A stretch of DNA of 63,803 bases, the filler included, from Hausera hauseri (lineage: Eukaryota), in assembly GCA_046269625.1 (NCBI GenBank). It is 11 parts of 11 records of this genome, joined end to end, with 100 filler letters (N's around TTAATTAATTAA, not from the genome) between each part and the next. Parts side by side here need not be neighbours in the genome. Positions count along the whole stretch, not along the records: positions 1 to 10,472 come from JBJURY010181083.1; positions 10,573 to 16,317 come from JBJURY010196192.1; 9 more parts are not named here. One strand, written 5' to 3'. The notes under the pieces were generated by a model. The model did no database searches. It was not told where the DNA came from and saw only the letters and a program-made list of their open reading frames with translations. A program made the position numbers and the translations under genes. The stretch's first letter is position 1; each line of letters begins with the position of its first letter. Positions 1-11,770 of the stretch are shown one piece after another.

Positions 1-708
1 AAGGATGGTGTAGCGAATGCATACTGTTGAATGCTTGCCTTTGCAATGATGGTGCGAGAATTATTACGGAATGACCTGATTTGGAAGTGTCTAAAGCCAC
101 GCCGTCAAAAACTGTGCAAGACTTGAAAGAATTAAGCATGTCCTGAGGTGGCTGGTTCTGTTGGAGTTGAGCTTGCGTAAAAATCGGTAAAAAATTAATC
201 GAACTAACCGACCTAAATAAAAAATCGGCAACCAAATTATTAACCCCGTTAATATGTTTCATGTCGAAGTTAAATGTCGACAAGTATTATATCTGTCCTT
301 CTTGGCGTGTGAAAGGATATTTCATAGCCATGATGTTAAGTACGGGTTTGTGATCGATTTGTATAGTAAAATGGCGAGCTACAAGTATGTGAGTGAAATG
401 CTTTAAAGCAAGAACGATGGCCAATAACACTCGATCGAACGTTGAATATCTGGTTTCAGGGGATGTTAGCTTACGAGAGAAAAATTCTAGCGGTTGGTTT
501 TCTCCTTTGTAGATCTGGTGGAGTACAGCACCTATAGCAGTAGTTGAAGCGTCAGTAGTAAGGATAAGTTCTGCATCAGGCTTGGGAAAAGCGAGAATGT
601 CGACGGTCTTAATTCCTTCTCAAAACTTATGAAACTTGTCAACCAACTCAGGTATCCACTAGATTTGCTGATGTTTTTTGCCACCGTTTAAGTGTGCAAA
701 TAGTGCTG

Positions 709-1450
709 TCAATTCAGAGCAATATGGTAAATATTTATGCACAAACTGTAGTGTTCCAAGGAAGCTGCGCATGTCAGTGGTCGTACGTGGTAACTGGAAA
801 TTCTTAAGTGCTTCAACTCTGTCTGGTTGCGGGGAGTGGCCGTCTGGTGAAATAACGTGGCCCAAAAGTTGATGCGCTTTTTGAAAAAATGGCATTTGTC
901 GAAATTAACTTGGAGATTATGGTGGTTAAGGCGTTGGAATATTGCGTAAAGGTGTTTCTCGTGTTGTTTGGCCAAAGAGAAAACGAACACAGTATCATCA
1001 ATATAAAGGTGTGCAAACGGAAAATCTGAGAGAATTGAGTCGATATGTCTCTGAAAAGTCTGTGCGACATTTCGCAAACCGAATGGCATAAACAGGTACT
1101 CGTAGAGGCCAAAAGGAGTAGTAACAGCAGTCTTTTCTATGTCTTCGGGTGCAACTGGTATTTGGTGGTATGCTTTGGCTAAATCGATGATCTCATAAAT
1201 GGTAGTTGAATTAAGGCGATGCAAGATATCCTTGATGAGTGGTAAGGGGTACGAATCCATGATAGTCAAGTTGTTTAACTGTCGGTAATCACCGCATGGT
1301 CTAAAAGTTCCGTCCTTTTTTGTACAACATGTAAAGGTGACGACCAAGTAGATTTGGAATGGCGTACAATGCCGGAGCGTTCTAGTTTGAGGAATTCGGC
1401 TTCTACGGGCTGCCTACGACGAGATGACAGTGGTCGTACCTTTTGTCATA
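709..1450 (-). pseudogene. Reverse transcriptase of the gypsy element (frameshifted)
   Basis: ORF 709-1347 carries gypsy RT motifs (DSYPLP, MPFGLRN, YIDD) and continues in another frame in 659-895 (LLGHVIS...MRSFLG). Confidence 0.93.
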
Positions 1451-1837
1451 TTGGTCGTTGATGCTGTGCAATTATGTAACGCACAGTACTGTTTGCAAAA
1501 GTAAACGTACGATCTTTTTTGAGTACTCATGGACATGATGTGTTGATGAATTGCTTTAGAGTTGTCGGCAACTGTGAGGGATTCGGTGAAAATGGTGAAA
1601 CGGCTTGAGTAGTAGCGGATGCAATTTGTAAATTGTTTGGTAATGTACGGTCAAGTGGTATTTGGTGTAAGATGGTCGAATTGAAAATGGTGCTGGATGA
1701 AGTGATTTCGTCGAGTGAATGAACATTGGTGACAGTACCAGAATTGGCGACATCGAACCTCGACTGAATATCAATATTCTTATTTTAAAATTTACGGAGT
1801 GAAATATTACGAAAAATCAAAGTAGTGTTTGTTTTTG

Positions 1838-2314
1838 TCAAAATTGATCTTCGCGTCTCGATCTACCGCGCGGTAGTCGAAATGTATTGACATGCTCAAC
1901 AAAGCTGCTAGTGATGCCGCTCCTCATACATAATTGACAGCAGTTAGCCAATAAATTATAATGTGATAGAAAATCGGACCCTAAAATTGCCGTCTGGACG
2001 TTAGCAATTGTGAACGTCCAGTGGAAAGGTGAAGGAAATTTTGGTAAAATAAAAGATAGCTTAACCATGCCAGAAATGTGCAGCGGTTGACCTGAAGCGG
2101 TGTATAAAGGCTTGATTTTGAATGATGAATTCTGAACAGGAAAGGTTTGTGGTAATAAAGAAATAGATGCACCTGTATGAATGAGGAAATCAATGTAATG
2201 CGTTGTAGAAGCGGTGATTGCAGCCTTCAGAGCAAAAACAGCAAAAGAGGCGTGTCGGCTTGCAAAAAGTGAAGTAGTGCCTTTGCCAGAGTTTGCCGTG
2301 ACTTCTGGCGGCAA
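1838..2314 (-). pseudogene. Retropepsin-type aspartic protease of the gypsy element
   Basis: FLIHTGASISLLP...LYTASG...WTFTIANV...ILGSDFL; homologous to FLIDTGSALSLLP in 55126-55815. Confidence 0.88.
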
Positions 2315-2316
2315 AT

Positions 2317-3401
2317 TTAGTTTTCTTGAAAAGGCGAACTAGGACGACTATTAGAAGAAAAGGTAGTACGTCCATCGTTCGTATCTGGTTTGAAAGTGCA
2401 GCCTGGAATGCATTTACCAGCTTGATTTTTAAACTTTGCGTGGTAAATGCAAACAATAGTGTCTGAAGAAAAATTTTTATTATAAAATTTGCACCCTAGG
2501 CAGCACTTCTTGGTATTCTTATGGAATCGGCTGTAATAGTAGCAGACAAACAACCGCGCAAGCAATGGTGACCGGTTTCTAGATGCGGAATTGGCGAGGT
2601 CCGCGACAAATTCCCTTCGTCGGGAAAGGAAAAGTTCATTTAATTTGTTGTTTAAATTGTTGATTGTTGCTTGTAGTGCTGTATTTTCGGCACGTAGCTG
2701 ATTTAGTTGTTGCTCTGTTGATGTGTTGTTGTTTTGGATATCGGAGTGGCAACTGCCGCCGAAACGATTGGTGGGAAATTTAAGTGTATAACGTCGTGTG
2801 TTTTATCGGCTAATTCGGCAAATTTCTCAAGCGCCGTGGAGTCATCCACTACGGTAAGTAAAGCCCGATTTTGGATGGGTAACGCGTTGAGAAAGTAGTG
2901 GCGCAGTAGTTCTGGATTGTATTCTTTAGTGACGCCGAGAGTGCGTAAATGTGTTAAAGAAGTGCGTAAAAATTCTGATGGTCGTTGTGTGCTTATAGTA
3001 TTGTAGTGGAAGAAGCGTTGTATGATGGTGTCCATTGAGAATTCTGTGATTTTAAGAACAGCGTTGGAGAGCTGTGAGTATGAGTCAGGTAGTTTTAAGA
3101 TTTCAAGCATGTTGTGAATTAGTGTTTTGATATTGTTAGGAAGTAAGAAGAGGAGGTTGTGCGCCTTGGTTAAGGAATTGGTGTTATTGTTTGCCTGTAG
3201 CCACAGTTGATGGAATTGTAACCAAGTTTTGCTGGAGCCTTGGTTGTCAATGAAGAATTCGGTGCAGTTAGGGAAAGGAGCGGAAAAGGTAATGGGTGGG
3301 AGGTTGCTAGCAGGGGTAGGAATGGGTTTTAAAAGAAATATAACAGGTTTTGGTTTTGTGATGGTTTTATCCGTGGTGTCTATGATTGGCGATGAATTCA
3401 T
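2317..3401 (-). pseudogene. Gag (capsid-like domain plus two CHCC-type knuckles)
   Basis: WLQFHQLWLQAN...YSQL...QRPSEFL...FLNALP pattern aligns with the gag at 54189-55040; sits upstream of the protease. Confidence 0.85.
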
Positions 3402-3606
3402 GCCACCACGGATACGGAAATGTATGTGGAGACAAATGTAATTTAAGAAAGATGGTATGGTTCCGCTGAGGGGTATTATAGAACCGTTATGAGTTAGATA
3501 AAAATTGGAAGTTGAGTAGGTAAGAAATGAAGGTACGAAGGGTTGGAATATGTAAATGTGATGTAGTGAGTGTGTAAATGTGTGTATTATTTATGAAAAG
3601 GGAAAA
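3402..3606 (-). pseudogene. Ubiquitin-like domain fused to the Gag N-terminus (one frameshift)
   Basis: Manual translation: FSLFINNTHIYTLTTSHLHIPTLRTFISYLLNF/(frameshift)NFYLTHNGSIIPLSGTIPSFLNYICLHIHFRIRGG, directly in frame with Gag MNSS at 3401. Confidence 0.72.
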
Positions 3607-3739
3607 TAGAGAGGGAAGAAGTAGAGTGCCTGGGGACGTGCTGTGGGGCCGACGCAAAAGGCGAGGCCTGACCGACCAGCGCAAGGTTGACGGACAGGAG
3701 CTCCGCCCCGGCGCGACAGGCCCCAAATTGCAGGGTGGC

Positions 3740-4238
3740 CGAATCTCCCCTCAAAAGTGCGGCCATATCTTCAACGTCTTTAAATAGACCGGACTCAATC
3801 ATGTATTTAATGCAAAGACAATGTATCGATCCGCTGTGTCCATTGATTTAGACTCGTCCAAACGCTTACTGGCTAAATGGCAATTCCCAGCATCGTAATA
3901 AATACGACCTTTCAGTGCATAGAAGTCAATTAGAGTCGGTGTGGGATATAGCTGGTTTTCAACGAGCTCTAAGGCATCCAAAACTCGACCCATATGACTA
4001 TATTGTTGTGCCAACAGATGAGTAACAAATATTTCGGCCGTCGACGGTTCGATCTCAGCATCGACACCTTCCAATGTCTGATATTCGTAAATGTTACGTT
4101 TGTATGTTTCGTAGAGTGTCCCTAGACTATCGACCTTTTCCATATGTAATGTTAGTGAGTGAGTGAATGAATTTTGTTTCAAATTAATTTTATACAACTG
4201 GATTTTGAAATAAAGCCGTAATAAGGTCGTAGCGAAAG
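3740..4238 (-). pseudogene. NAA15: Fragment of the N-terminal acetyltransferase A auxiliary subunit (NAA15/NARG1)
   Basis: [21 protein letters not shown]...[20 protein letters not shown]...[14 protein letters not shown], then after a frameshift [17 protein letters not shown]. Matches NAA15 as recalled (EPPTTLLWV.YYLAQHYD...TPTLIELF..KAKIYKHAGN...DTADRFINSKCAKYML). Preceded by a 48-nt GT..AG intron-like segment at 4239-4286. Confidence 0.82.
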
Positions 4239-4290
4239 CTAAAATTATAAAAAAGGTAAAATTATTATCGTCAACGTTAAAATTACCAAG

Positions 4291-7200
4291 TCGTTCAACT
4301 TTGCTTTCGACCGACACTAAATCGGATTTTATTGTCTGTGCCTGACTGATGAGAGTAGCATATTCCTCCGTATATTTGGCGATACTGGCTTCAAGTTGCT
4401 TGATGAGATTCTCGGTTTCTTCCGCTTTTTTCTTGTTCACTTGGGCAGCTTCAGTTAACTCGGTTAATTCATTTCTAAGGGGTTCAACTCGTTTTAAAAT
4501 ATCGGCATAATTGACTTGAGCAATGACCCATTTTACCATCGGTCCACATGCATTACTAGCTTTGTTAACTTTTTCAAAATTGAAATCCGCGTTGCTCAAA
4601 TATTTCTTTTTCATTGTGTCACGTATGGAATCAGTGATGTCGTCAGTATTGAAATTCAATATATTCTGAACAAAATTATCTTTAACTATGAACTTGAGAA
4701 CCGATGTCCATTCCGCAGTTTTTTCTCCCAATAAAAAACATATCGCTTCTACAGCCATCTTTACCAATTGTGGAGGATTTTTCATAGCTCTAATTTCCTG
4801 AATGTCTTTCTTGCGAATATTCTGCACAGCCTGCTTGGCATCGTTAACGGATGGCTCGACTTGCTCTAGCTCCAGATTAACAGCTCGTTTCTTTTCATTA
4901 ATAAATTGCTCTTGTTTAACCAACTCTTCTTGTAATTCCTGATTAGTTGCCTTACGTTGTTCTGCCTCTTGCTGATCTTGAACCATCTGTTTCAACTTTT
5001 GATTGGCAGCATTGTTCATTCTTTCTAATTCTTCCCGTTTGCTGTTCAGAGATTTCTGTAATATTTCTACTTGATCGACAGTTTCTTGAATCTTTTTCAA
5101 GCCATTATTCAAATGAAGTTGTTGCTCTTCTAAATCGGATCGCTTTTCCCCAGATAATTTCATATAATGCGCAATAAAATCAAGATAATGACGAGGAGTT
5201 ATTGTAGCTGTGTGGCCTCCACGCTTGAGCACTCTAGTATTTGCTTGGTGCATTGTCTGATGAACAAATACTAATGCATTTACAATAGCATCTCGATATG
5301 TTGGCATTTCGGGTAATAAACCTTCCACAACATATGGCATAGTATCAGGCAAACGATAGCCTTGCCTTTCTAAATCTAATCTTGAAGTGAATTCTTTTCC
5401 AACTTGGAAATATGCCTCAAGAGACCAATCACCGAACCAATTAAGAACACATCTGTTAAATAAAGCTGGAGACGTACTTGCTCGATCTTTTAAGCCTTCA
5501 GAAGAAGGATTCATTGTAAAAACAACATGCAAATTTCGACATATTTGTTGAGTGAACCATTTATACAATTCTTCTTGCGAGTCTATCATTAGACCTTCAC
5601 GAATGGCACCTTCTTTACATTGAGTCATTAGGGTTGTCAATTCGTCACCTTCAAATAAACCAGGGACTTCACCATTTGCAAGTAATGTATTTATTCTTTC
5701 CAGAAAACTTGAATCCATAACGTTAGATTCATCCATGATAAACGTAATCTTTTCTCCTTTACAACCTGCTCTTCGAAGAACATTCCTTAGGTCTTCATCA
5801 AAATCCTCAGCCGTATACTTGTTGTGAACTTTAACTTGAAATACACTGAGACCATTAATCCAAGATACAAATCTAGATAATGTTGTTTTACCAGCTCCGC
5901 TGATTCCAATAAACAATAAATGACCTTGAGGTTGTCGAAAAACTCGATCTATTCGCAAAACATGATCTAGAACTTGGTTGAAAAGAACCAAAGGAACATC
6001 CAGCTCTTCTTCATAAAAGATTTTCAATCGTGCTTTGACGTATTCACGAAGTTCCTCCTGATCAACTGGACTGTAATCCTTACTCAACCAATTACTATAC
6101 AAAATAGGTCTATTTAGAGCTTCTCCTTTATTAATATTGGGGAAATGTTTCATTGCAACTGAATCAATTTTTGCATCTGTCCAATGACGTTCTTCGTCTT
6201 CAATTAATCGATCTTGGAACAATCTCAAAGCTTCATGAGCCCATATTCGTACTAAACCTTCAACTGACAAAGATTCTAGTGGTTTCAATGCTTCGTGAAT
6301 TCCTCTTACCCATCTTGTCATTTCTCGTGGACTATAGATATAATGAGGTTGCATATCTTGAGTAAAACGATCTTGAGTCTTCAAAAAAAACTCTACCATT
6401 GCATTTGTCAATGTATCGGCATAACCTCGAAGAGATGGCAACATTCTTAACATCGCTCGATTAAATGTACCGTAGATTTGTTTCAATGACATTTCTCCAG
6501 GATAATCAACATACACCACTGGAACGTGTCTTAAAAATCTGTGACTTAATGGTTTTCGACCAGGATCTGTTGGAGGATTACATGCACCAACAAACTGTAT
6601 TCGTTCGAAGCTTACCCATTGCATATCAGATGTTCGGTAAAATCCATGATGTTCAACCATTTGTCTCAGAAAACTAATTACTCGTTGAGTACCATATTTA
6701 TCCATATCTGGAAGATTTATCTCGTCACAGAAAAATATTAGCCATTTGTTTAATTGTTGAGGGGTTAAAATTATTCCATTTGGAGTCTTTCGATATTCAC
6801 AGTACTGATCGAATGTTTTCAGCATCAATTCTGGTGTGGTAGCACTGCTAAAGTTTAATCCAACAACTTCCATGTCTGGCAAACTTCGAAGAGCACTAAA
6901 CAAAGTCATAGTTTTTCCAGATCCAGGTGGTCCACATAAAAGAACTGGTCGATGTTCAGCTAACCAAGTATAAAGCAAACTCTCGTGGCGAACTGTATCC
7001 ATTGTCGGTACTACAACATCCGTTGCTGTTATTTTATGCGTCTCTATTTCAATCTGTGGTACTTTCTGCGACCATGGAACCCATGCTCCTTGGGATGTCA
7101 CTTCGAAATCAATAACATTTCGACTACCAGTAACTCCAATATTTGGCAAATCAATTGTACAAATTTCTCTAATATAACTACTCATTTCTTCACGAACCTT

Positions 7201-10200
7201 CAACTTGCTATCACCACTCATACTCCATATGATAGAAGTAATCAATGATTTTGAAACAAAACTTTCCAATTGCTCAAAACTTAGCGGAAAATCAGAATGC
7301 GTTTGGTTGTATTCGATCACATTTCTGATGACTTGTTTGATCATCGAAATCATGCTCGTCAGCGCACGAAGTCTAGTGAAATCCATAATATGTTCCAAAG
7401 TAGCTGCATAATCCAGACATTTTACAATAAGGCCATCTTCAGTAAAATACTGAGCCAAAATAGCAGAAATCTGTTTCTGTAATTGGAAAGTCGGAGAGCT
7501 TAAGAGATTGGAATCACCTGTTTCTTTATTTCGAATAATTTTACTTGCGCCTGGAAACTCTTCCTCGCTTTCAACTACAAGTACTTTATTAAGTTCGTTT
7601 AAGAAATGTGTCAAAATCATTCCGGCTGTTAATACATCTTCACTAAACCATACCATTCCACAACGTGAAACTGTTGCCAACGTAGCATATTTTAAGTCTT
7701 GTACTTCGAACATTATTCTTACATTGGGTGGAATTGCTAAACGTTCACCATTTGGAAGAGTAAGCAACTTATTATCGTCTAACACCGAATTCAAGTTTTC
7801 TACCCATTCTGGATCAACATCCCCATCGAAAATTATCCATTGTCTCTTGTTACTTTCTCCGCGAACACTGTCGATAATTTTCCTTAAAATATGCGTAAAT
7901 AGTCCATCTGTCCATTCTCGAGTATTTTGATCCATAAAACCGTATAACGAATCTTTACTGATAGATTTTGGATCAATGACATGTGCAACACCTTCGACGC
8001 CATCGATATTTTGCAAGGCTTCTAACAAAACTTTCCAAGCCATTGTTTTTCCACTACCAGAAGGCCCAACCATCATAAGACCATGATGAATTGTAGTTAT
8101 CTGATAAAGTTGGAGAACCTTTTCTACCCAAAGATTGCCTGGTGTATTTGGTTCGTCACTGTACACTAAGAAGCGACTCAATGAAACTTTTTTCAATTCA
8201 TCGCGAAGTTGTTTCATTTGACCTTGTCTGTACTCTACACCCGGGAACACGTCCGATAAAAGAGAGTATAAAAGAGGAATGTCATCGGCAATTAACTTTG
8301 GAACCACTGTCTCCATCACTGACTGAATTAAAATTTCTTGTTCTGGTAACTGCTCAGCGATAAGAGATTCATTTACTTCGTCTCCCTTTTCAAGAATCTT
8401 ATCCTTGATTTCGTGTATTCTATCTCGCTTAACATTTCCTGCTGACACAAGCACGCTCTTCAAAGCTCTTAATCCGAAATCGTAATGTGACTGAGGAGAC
8501 AGCTGCTCGTCACAAAGTTTGAAGAATGGAACAATTTTTCCTGCCAAAACTTCAGCAGTCCTGAATCCTTGTGAATATAACATGACTTGCGCAATCAACT
8601 GACGATCTGGCTGTGTCATTGCCAAAGATCTAAATAATTTTTTAAGATTATCTGGTAAGTTTGATCGACCAGCATATCCTGGATTCATTGTTATAAATAT
8701 GGCCATATCTGGATTAACATGAACTTGTTTTCCGAGTAATTCTACAGTAGCACTGTTAGTTTTAGTTGTTGCTAATTCTCTTAATGCTTCTTGAATGCCT
8801 TGGATTTGTTGAGAAACGGCTGACAACATTCTCTCCTCCAATCGATTGAATTCATCAAAGCAACCCCAAGCACCAACTTGACAAAGACCAACGAAAATTC
8901 TACCCATTGCCTGAAAATCAAATGTTTCGTCGCAGTTAAAGACGAGAACGAATCTTCCCAGTTGATTTCCAAGAGACTTCACTGATTCTGTTTTACCTGT
9001 ACCCGCCGGTCCAAATGGTGATCCTCCAAGTCTAGCTTCTAAAGCCTGGGTCATTGTCAAATAACATCGATCAGTCAAAGGTGTTTGTACAAGACGATCA
9101 CAAACACCAAGGTATTCAAACCCATAATAAAACTTCGCATTGGCAACATGAATGCTTAATTGATGAAGTGGTTCAGCTTGCTTCGGATCAAAAAAGAAAC
9201 GCATTTGACTCATCCAGTCGAAATTTTTGTTTGAATTAACTCCATCATTGATAAGTGTTCTCAAAACATCTCGCTGATGAACATGTTCTATAATTAAATG
9301 CTCGAGCTTTCTTCTTCTGACTGCTGGTTGATCATAGAGAACGGTGTCAGCCAAAACGTTAAGAGTGTTGAGCACTGTGTTTAAAGCTCCTTCTAGATTA
9401 ACTCCATTTGCGAGATTTGATTCTACAGTTTCTGACCAGTTGACCTGGGCTGCCAATACAACGATTTGTACTTGATATTTATCAAGCCAAACCATGAACT
9501 TGTCTTTATCAACATTGGCATCACTTCGCCATCCCGATATTTCTTTAACAGCAACATTCAGATATTTAGCAAGAGAAACTCTCATTTCCTTTTCAATAAG
9601 TGTTAGCCAATCATTAATTCTTGGATTTTCAATAACTGAAACTGGTGATACGAAATTTAATTCTTCACCTTCTTTGGACATCATTCCAGTTATGACAGTT
9701 TCATCTTCGTTAAAAATTATTGAATGTACACCAGCAAACATTTTCTTAAAATGTTTTTGAAGCTTCTTTAAATCTTTACTGTTTCCGATAATTTCCAACA
9801 AATCTTCATCACCAACAAAGTAAAACCGAGGAAATGAAGATCTCTGTCGTTCAAGATATTCTCCGAGGGATTTCTGAATCTTTCCTAACAAATCAGCAAG
9901 TCTTTCTAATTGTCGTTGTACATTTGGAATATTCAGTACGTCCGTTACCAGAGGCGATTTGGAAACTTTTTTCATTAAGCCCAAAAATTCTGTGCATACA
10001 CTTTGGAATCTCTGGGATTCAACAGGCAACAGAACTTTAATATCAGCAGATCCAGCAAATATGCCATCAAGATACACCCATCGTCGTTGAACATCAATCC
10101 ATATGTCAAATAAAGCGTTTATTTTGTTTAATCTATCTTCCCATGCCAAAGCTTCTTCTTCAAATTGTTTGAAATAAGGCGATGCCTTCATACCCGTGAC

Positions 10201-10472
10201 ATTATTGATGTGTTCCTTTACTTTATTGAACAAGTCATCCCAACCTTTGATAATTTTACATTTCGCCTGGTAATTCGTCAGCTCAAGCACATAATTTTTC
10301 CAAACTTCTGTGATTTGTCGTAAATATTCTTCGAGAGCCTTTTCCCCTTGAGCAATAGCCAAAACGTCACGAACTGCCTCATCATGCTTGAGTAAGTCCA
10401 CATCCCAGAGACGACCCAACTGCAGTTCTGATAAAGACCAATTAACATTAAGTTTTCTCATTAACATTCGCC
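4291..10472 (-). CDS. DYNC1H1: Cytoplasmic dynein 1 heavy chain, partial (linker, AAA1-AAA4, stalk/microtubule-binding domain); no introns or stops in ~6.2 kb
   Basis: P-loops [32 protein letters not shown]; [62 protein letters not shown]. Homology stops at ...VESKVER (4291); 5' end cut by the gap. Confidence 0.97.
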
Positions 10473-10572
10473 NNNNNNNNNNNNNNNNNNNNNNNNNNNN
10501 NNNNNNNNNNNNNNNNTTAATTAATTAANNNNNNNNNNNNNNNNNNNNNNNNNNNNNNNNNNNNNNNNNNNN
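10473..10572. other. Artificial contig spacer (44 N + TTAATTAATTAA + 44 N); also at 16318, 21890, 27619, 32340, 37933, 42100, 47130, 51401 and 57607
   Basis: Identical 100-nt linker with stops in all six frames occurs ten times. Confidence 0.99.
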
Positions 10573-10648
10573 CCCAGGACAGGAAAGGTTGGAGAGCTCT
10601 TGTAGACGACCTATGCTCCACAAAGGGGTCGCAGGGATAAGTAAGTAA
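10573..10648 (+). mobile_element. 3' end of an RTE-type LINE
   Basis: QDRKGWRALVDDLCST..G* followed by a short (TAAG)n tail. Confidence 0.65.
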
Positions 10649-10854
10649 ACATAGTCAGAAACGTGCATGTCCAACGCCATTCAAGGCACCATTGTTGCAT
10701 GATAAGGATGAGTTTGCTTGGAGCAGCGGGGATGGGCCTGCCTTTAATGCTGAAGGACTAGAAACGGCAGATTTAGAGTAGCAGGAGTTGGCTGATGTTA
10801 CATACCTGGTCTGCGAGATTCTTTCCATTCTACTGTTACCCGCAATTAGTCTTA

Positions 10855-11400
10855 GAAGCCACTGAGAGCAGAAAACTGACAGAGCTGAAAGATACTCTGG
10901 ACAAAATTAGCAGCCATCAACGAGTATCTATACAGTGGAACCCATCCCACTTGGGAATTCCAGGAAATGAGAAAACTGATACTCTGGCTAAAGGTGATAC
11001 TCTAATGGAGCAACCAAACATCCAAATAACGTATGACCACATGAAGAGTGTGATAAAGACACACAAGATATCACCTTCAGTATCACCAGATGCCTATCAT
11101 ATGTTGGATAGAAATGAACAAGTCATAATATTTCGCCCCAGACAAGGACACAGCCGACTCCGCAGCCACATGTACACACAATTAAAAACAGGAGAATCTG
11201 CCTTGTGCACGTGTAGACAGTCTCCCAAGATTGTGGAACATATCCTCAGTATGACGTACTGAGGCACATTCACTGGCCAATTGAAACTTCACTAGACACA
11301 AAGCTAAATGGCTCCATAATAGAACTTCAGAACACTGTGCAGTTCATCAGGGAGACACATCTGCAGATTGAGATCAACGTGAACGAAGAAGAAGAAGAGA
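10855..11400 (+). mobile_element. 3' fragment of an RNase H-containing non-LTR retrotransposon with a (GAA)n tail
   Basis: IQWNPSHLGIPGNEKTDTLAK (RNase H C-terminus); QVIIFR...GHSRLRSHMY...C.C...VEHIL (C-terminal Cys/His motif); GAA repeats near 11385-11398. Confidence 0.8.
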
Positions 11401-11459
11401 ATTACATTGCACAATGGTGGCTCTTTCTTCTTAGAGACTCATCGCTACTGTTTTGTGTG

Positions 11460-11490
<31 letters not shown>

Positions 11491-11499
11491 TAAGATGAG

Positions 11500-11770
11500 T
11501 CCATTCTTTACACTTTCAGTTATTACAGTCTTCAGCATCTATTGTAAATCCCTTTCGTTTGTTGCTATTAGCTCAGTGTCATCAGCATAGTGTAAGTTAT
11601 TTAAATTATTTTCACCAATTTTTAATCCGGGCATACCTGCTATTGATCTCATTATGTTCTCGCTATATAGGGAGAGCAGGTCTGGGGATAGAACACGACC
11701 CTGTCGTACACCACGTTTTATGTCTTGGAATGGTTCTGTTTGGTTTGTCTTTTCTCTATCGCGTTGAAAT
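11500..11770 (-). mobile_element. RTE-type LINE reverse transcriptase fragment
   Basis: KRGVRQGRVLSPDLLSLYSE...NNLHYADDTELIA (QG..LSP and YADD motifs). Confidence 0.85.

Larger units (their letters stand above)
1..3726 (-). mobile_element. Decayed Ty3/gypsy LTR retrotransposon, CsRn1-like (UBL-gag-protease-RT-RNase H); cut by the contig edge, no LTR visible
   Basis: Minus-strand order: gag 2703-3401; Cys/His knuckles 2317-2565 (CYYYSRFHKNTKKCCLGC, CIYHAKFKNQAGKCIPGC); protease FLIHTGASISLLP (degenerate DTG); RT FRPCGDYRQLN / IDLAKAYHQIP / TAVTTPFGLYEY / YIDD; RNase H TDAS and YSTFDR in 200-660. Many frameshifts and stops. Confidence 0.93.

Noticed and set aside
3700-3730. TGGGGCCTGTCGCG as a PBS for the contig-1 element
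   Set aside because: No tRNA 3' end I can match, and no upstream LTR resembling 60355-60524.
4516-10040. Small plus-strand ORFs opposite dynein, and similar ones opposite pol and pPolB genes
   Set aside because: Antisense shadows of real coding frames with no motifs.
3799-10467. A single 2222-aa dynein with a novel C-terminus
   Set aside because: The last ~160 aa are intron-like sequence plus NAA15; dynein AAA5, AAA6 and the C-terminus are absent.
10473-10572. Recurrent TTAATTAATTAA as a biological motif, and ORFs running into N-runs
   Set aside because: Artificial six-frame-stop linker.
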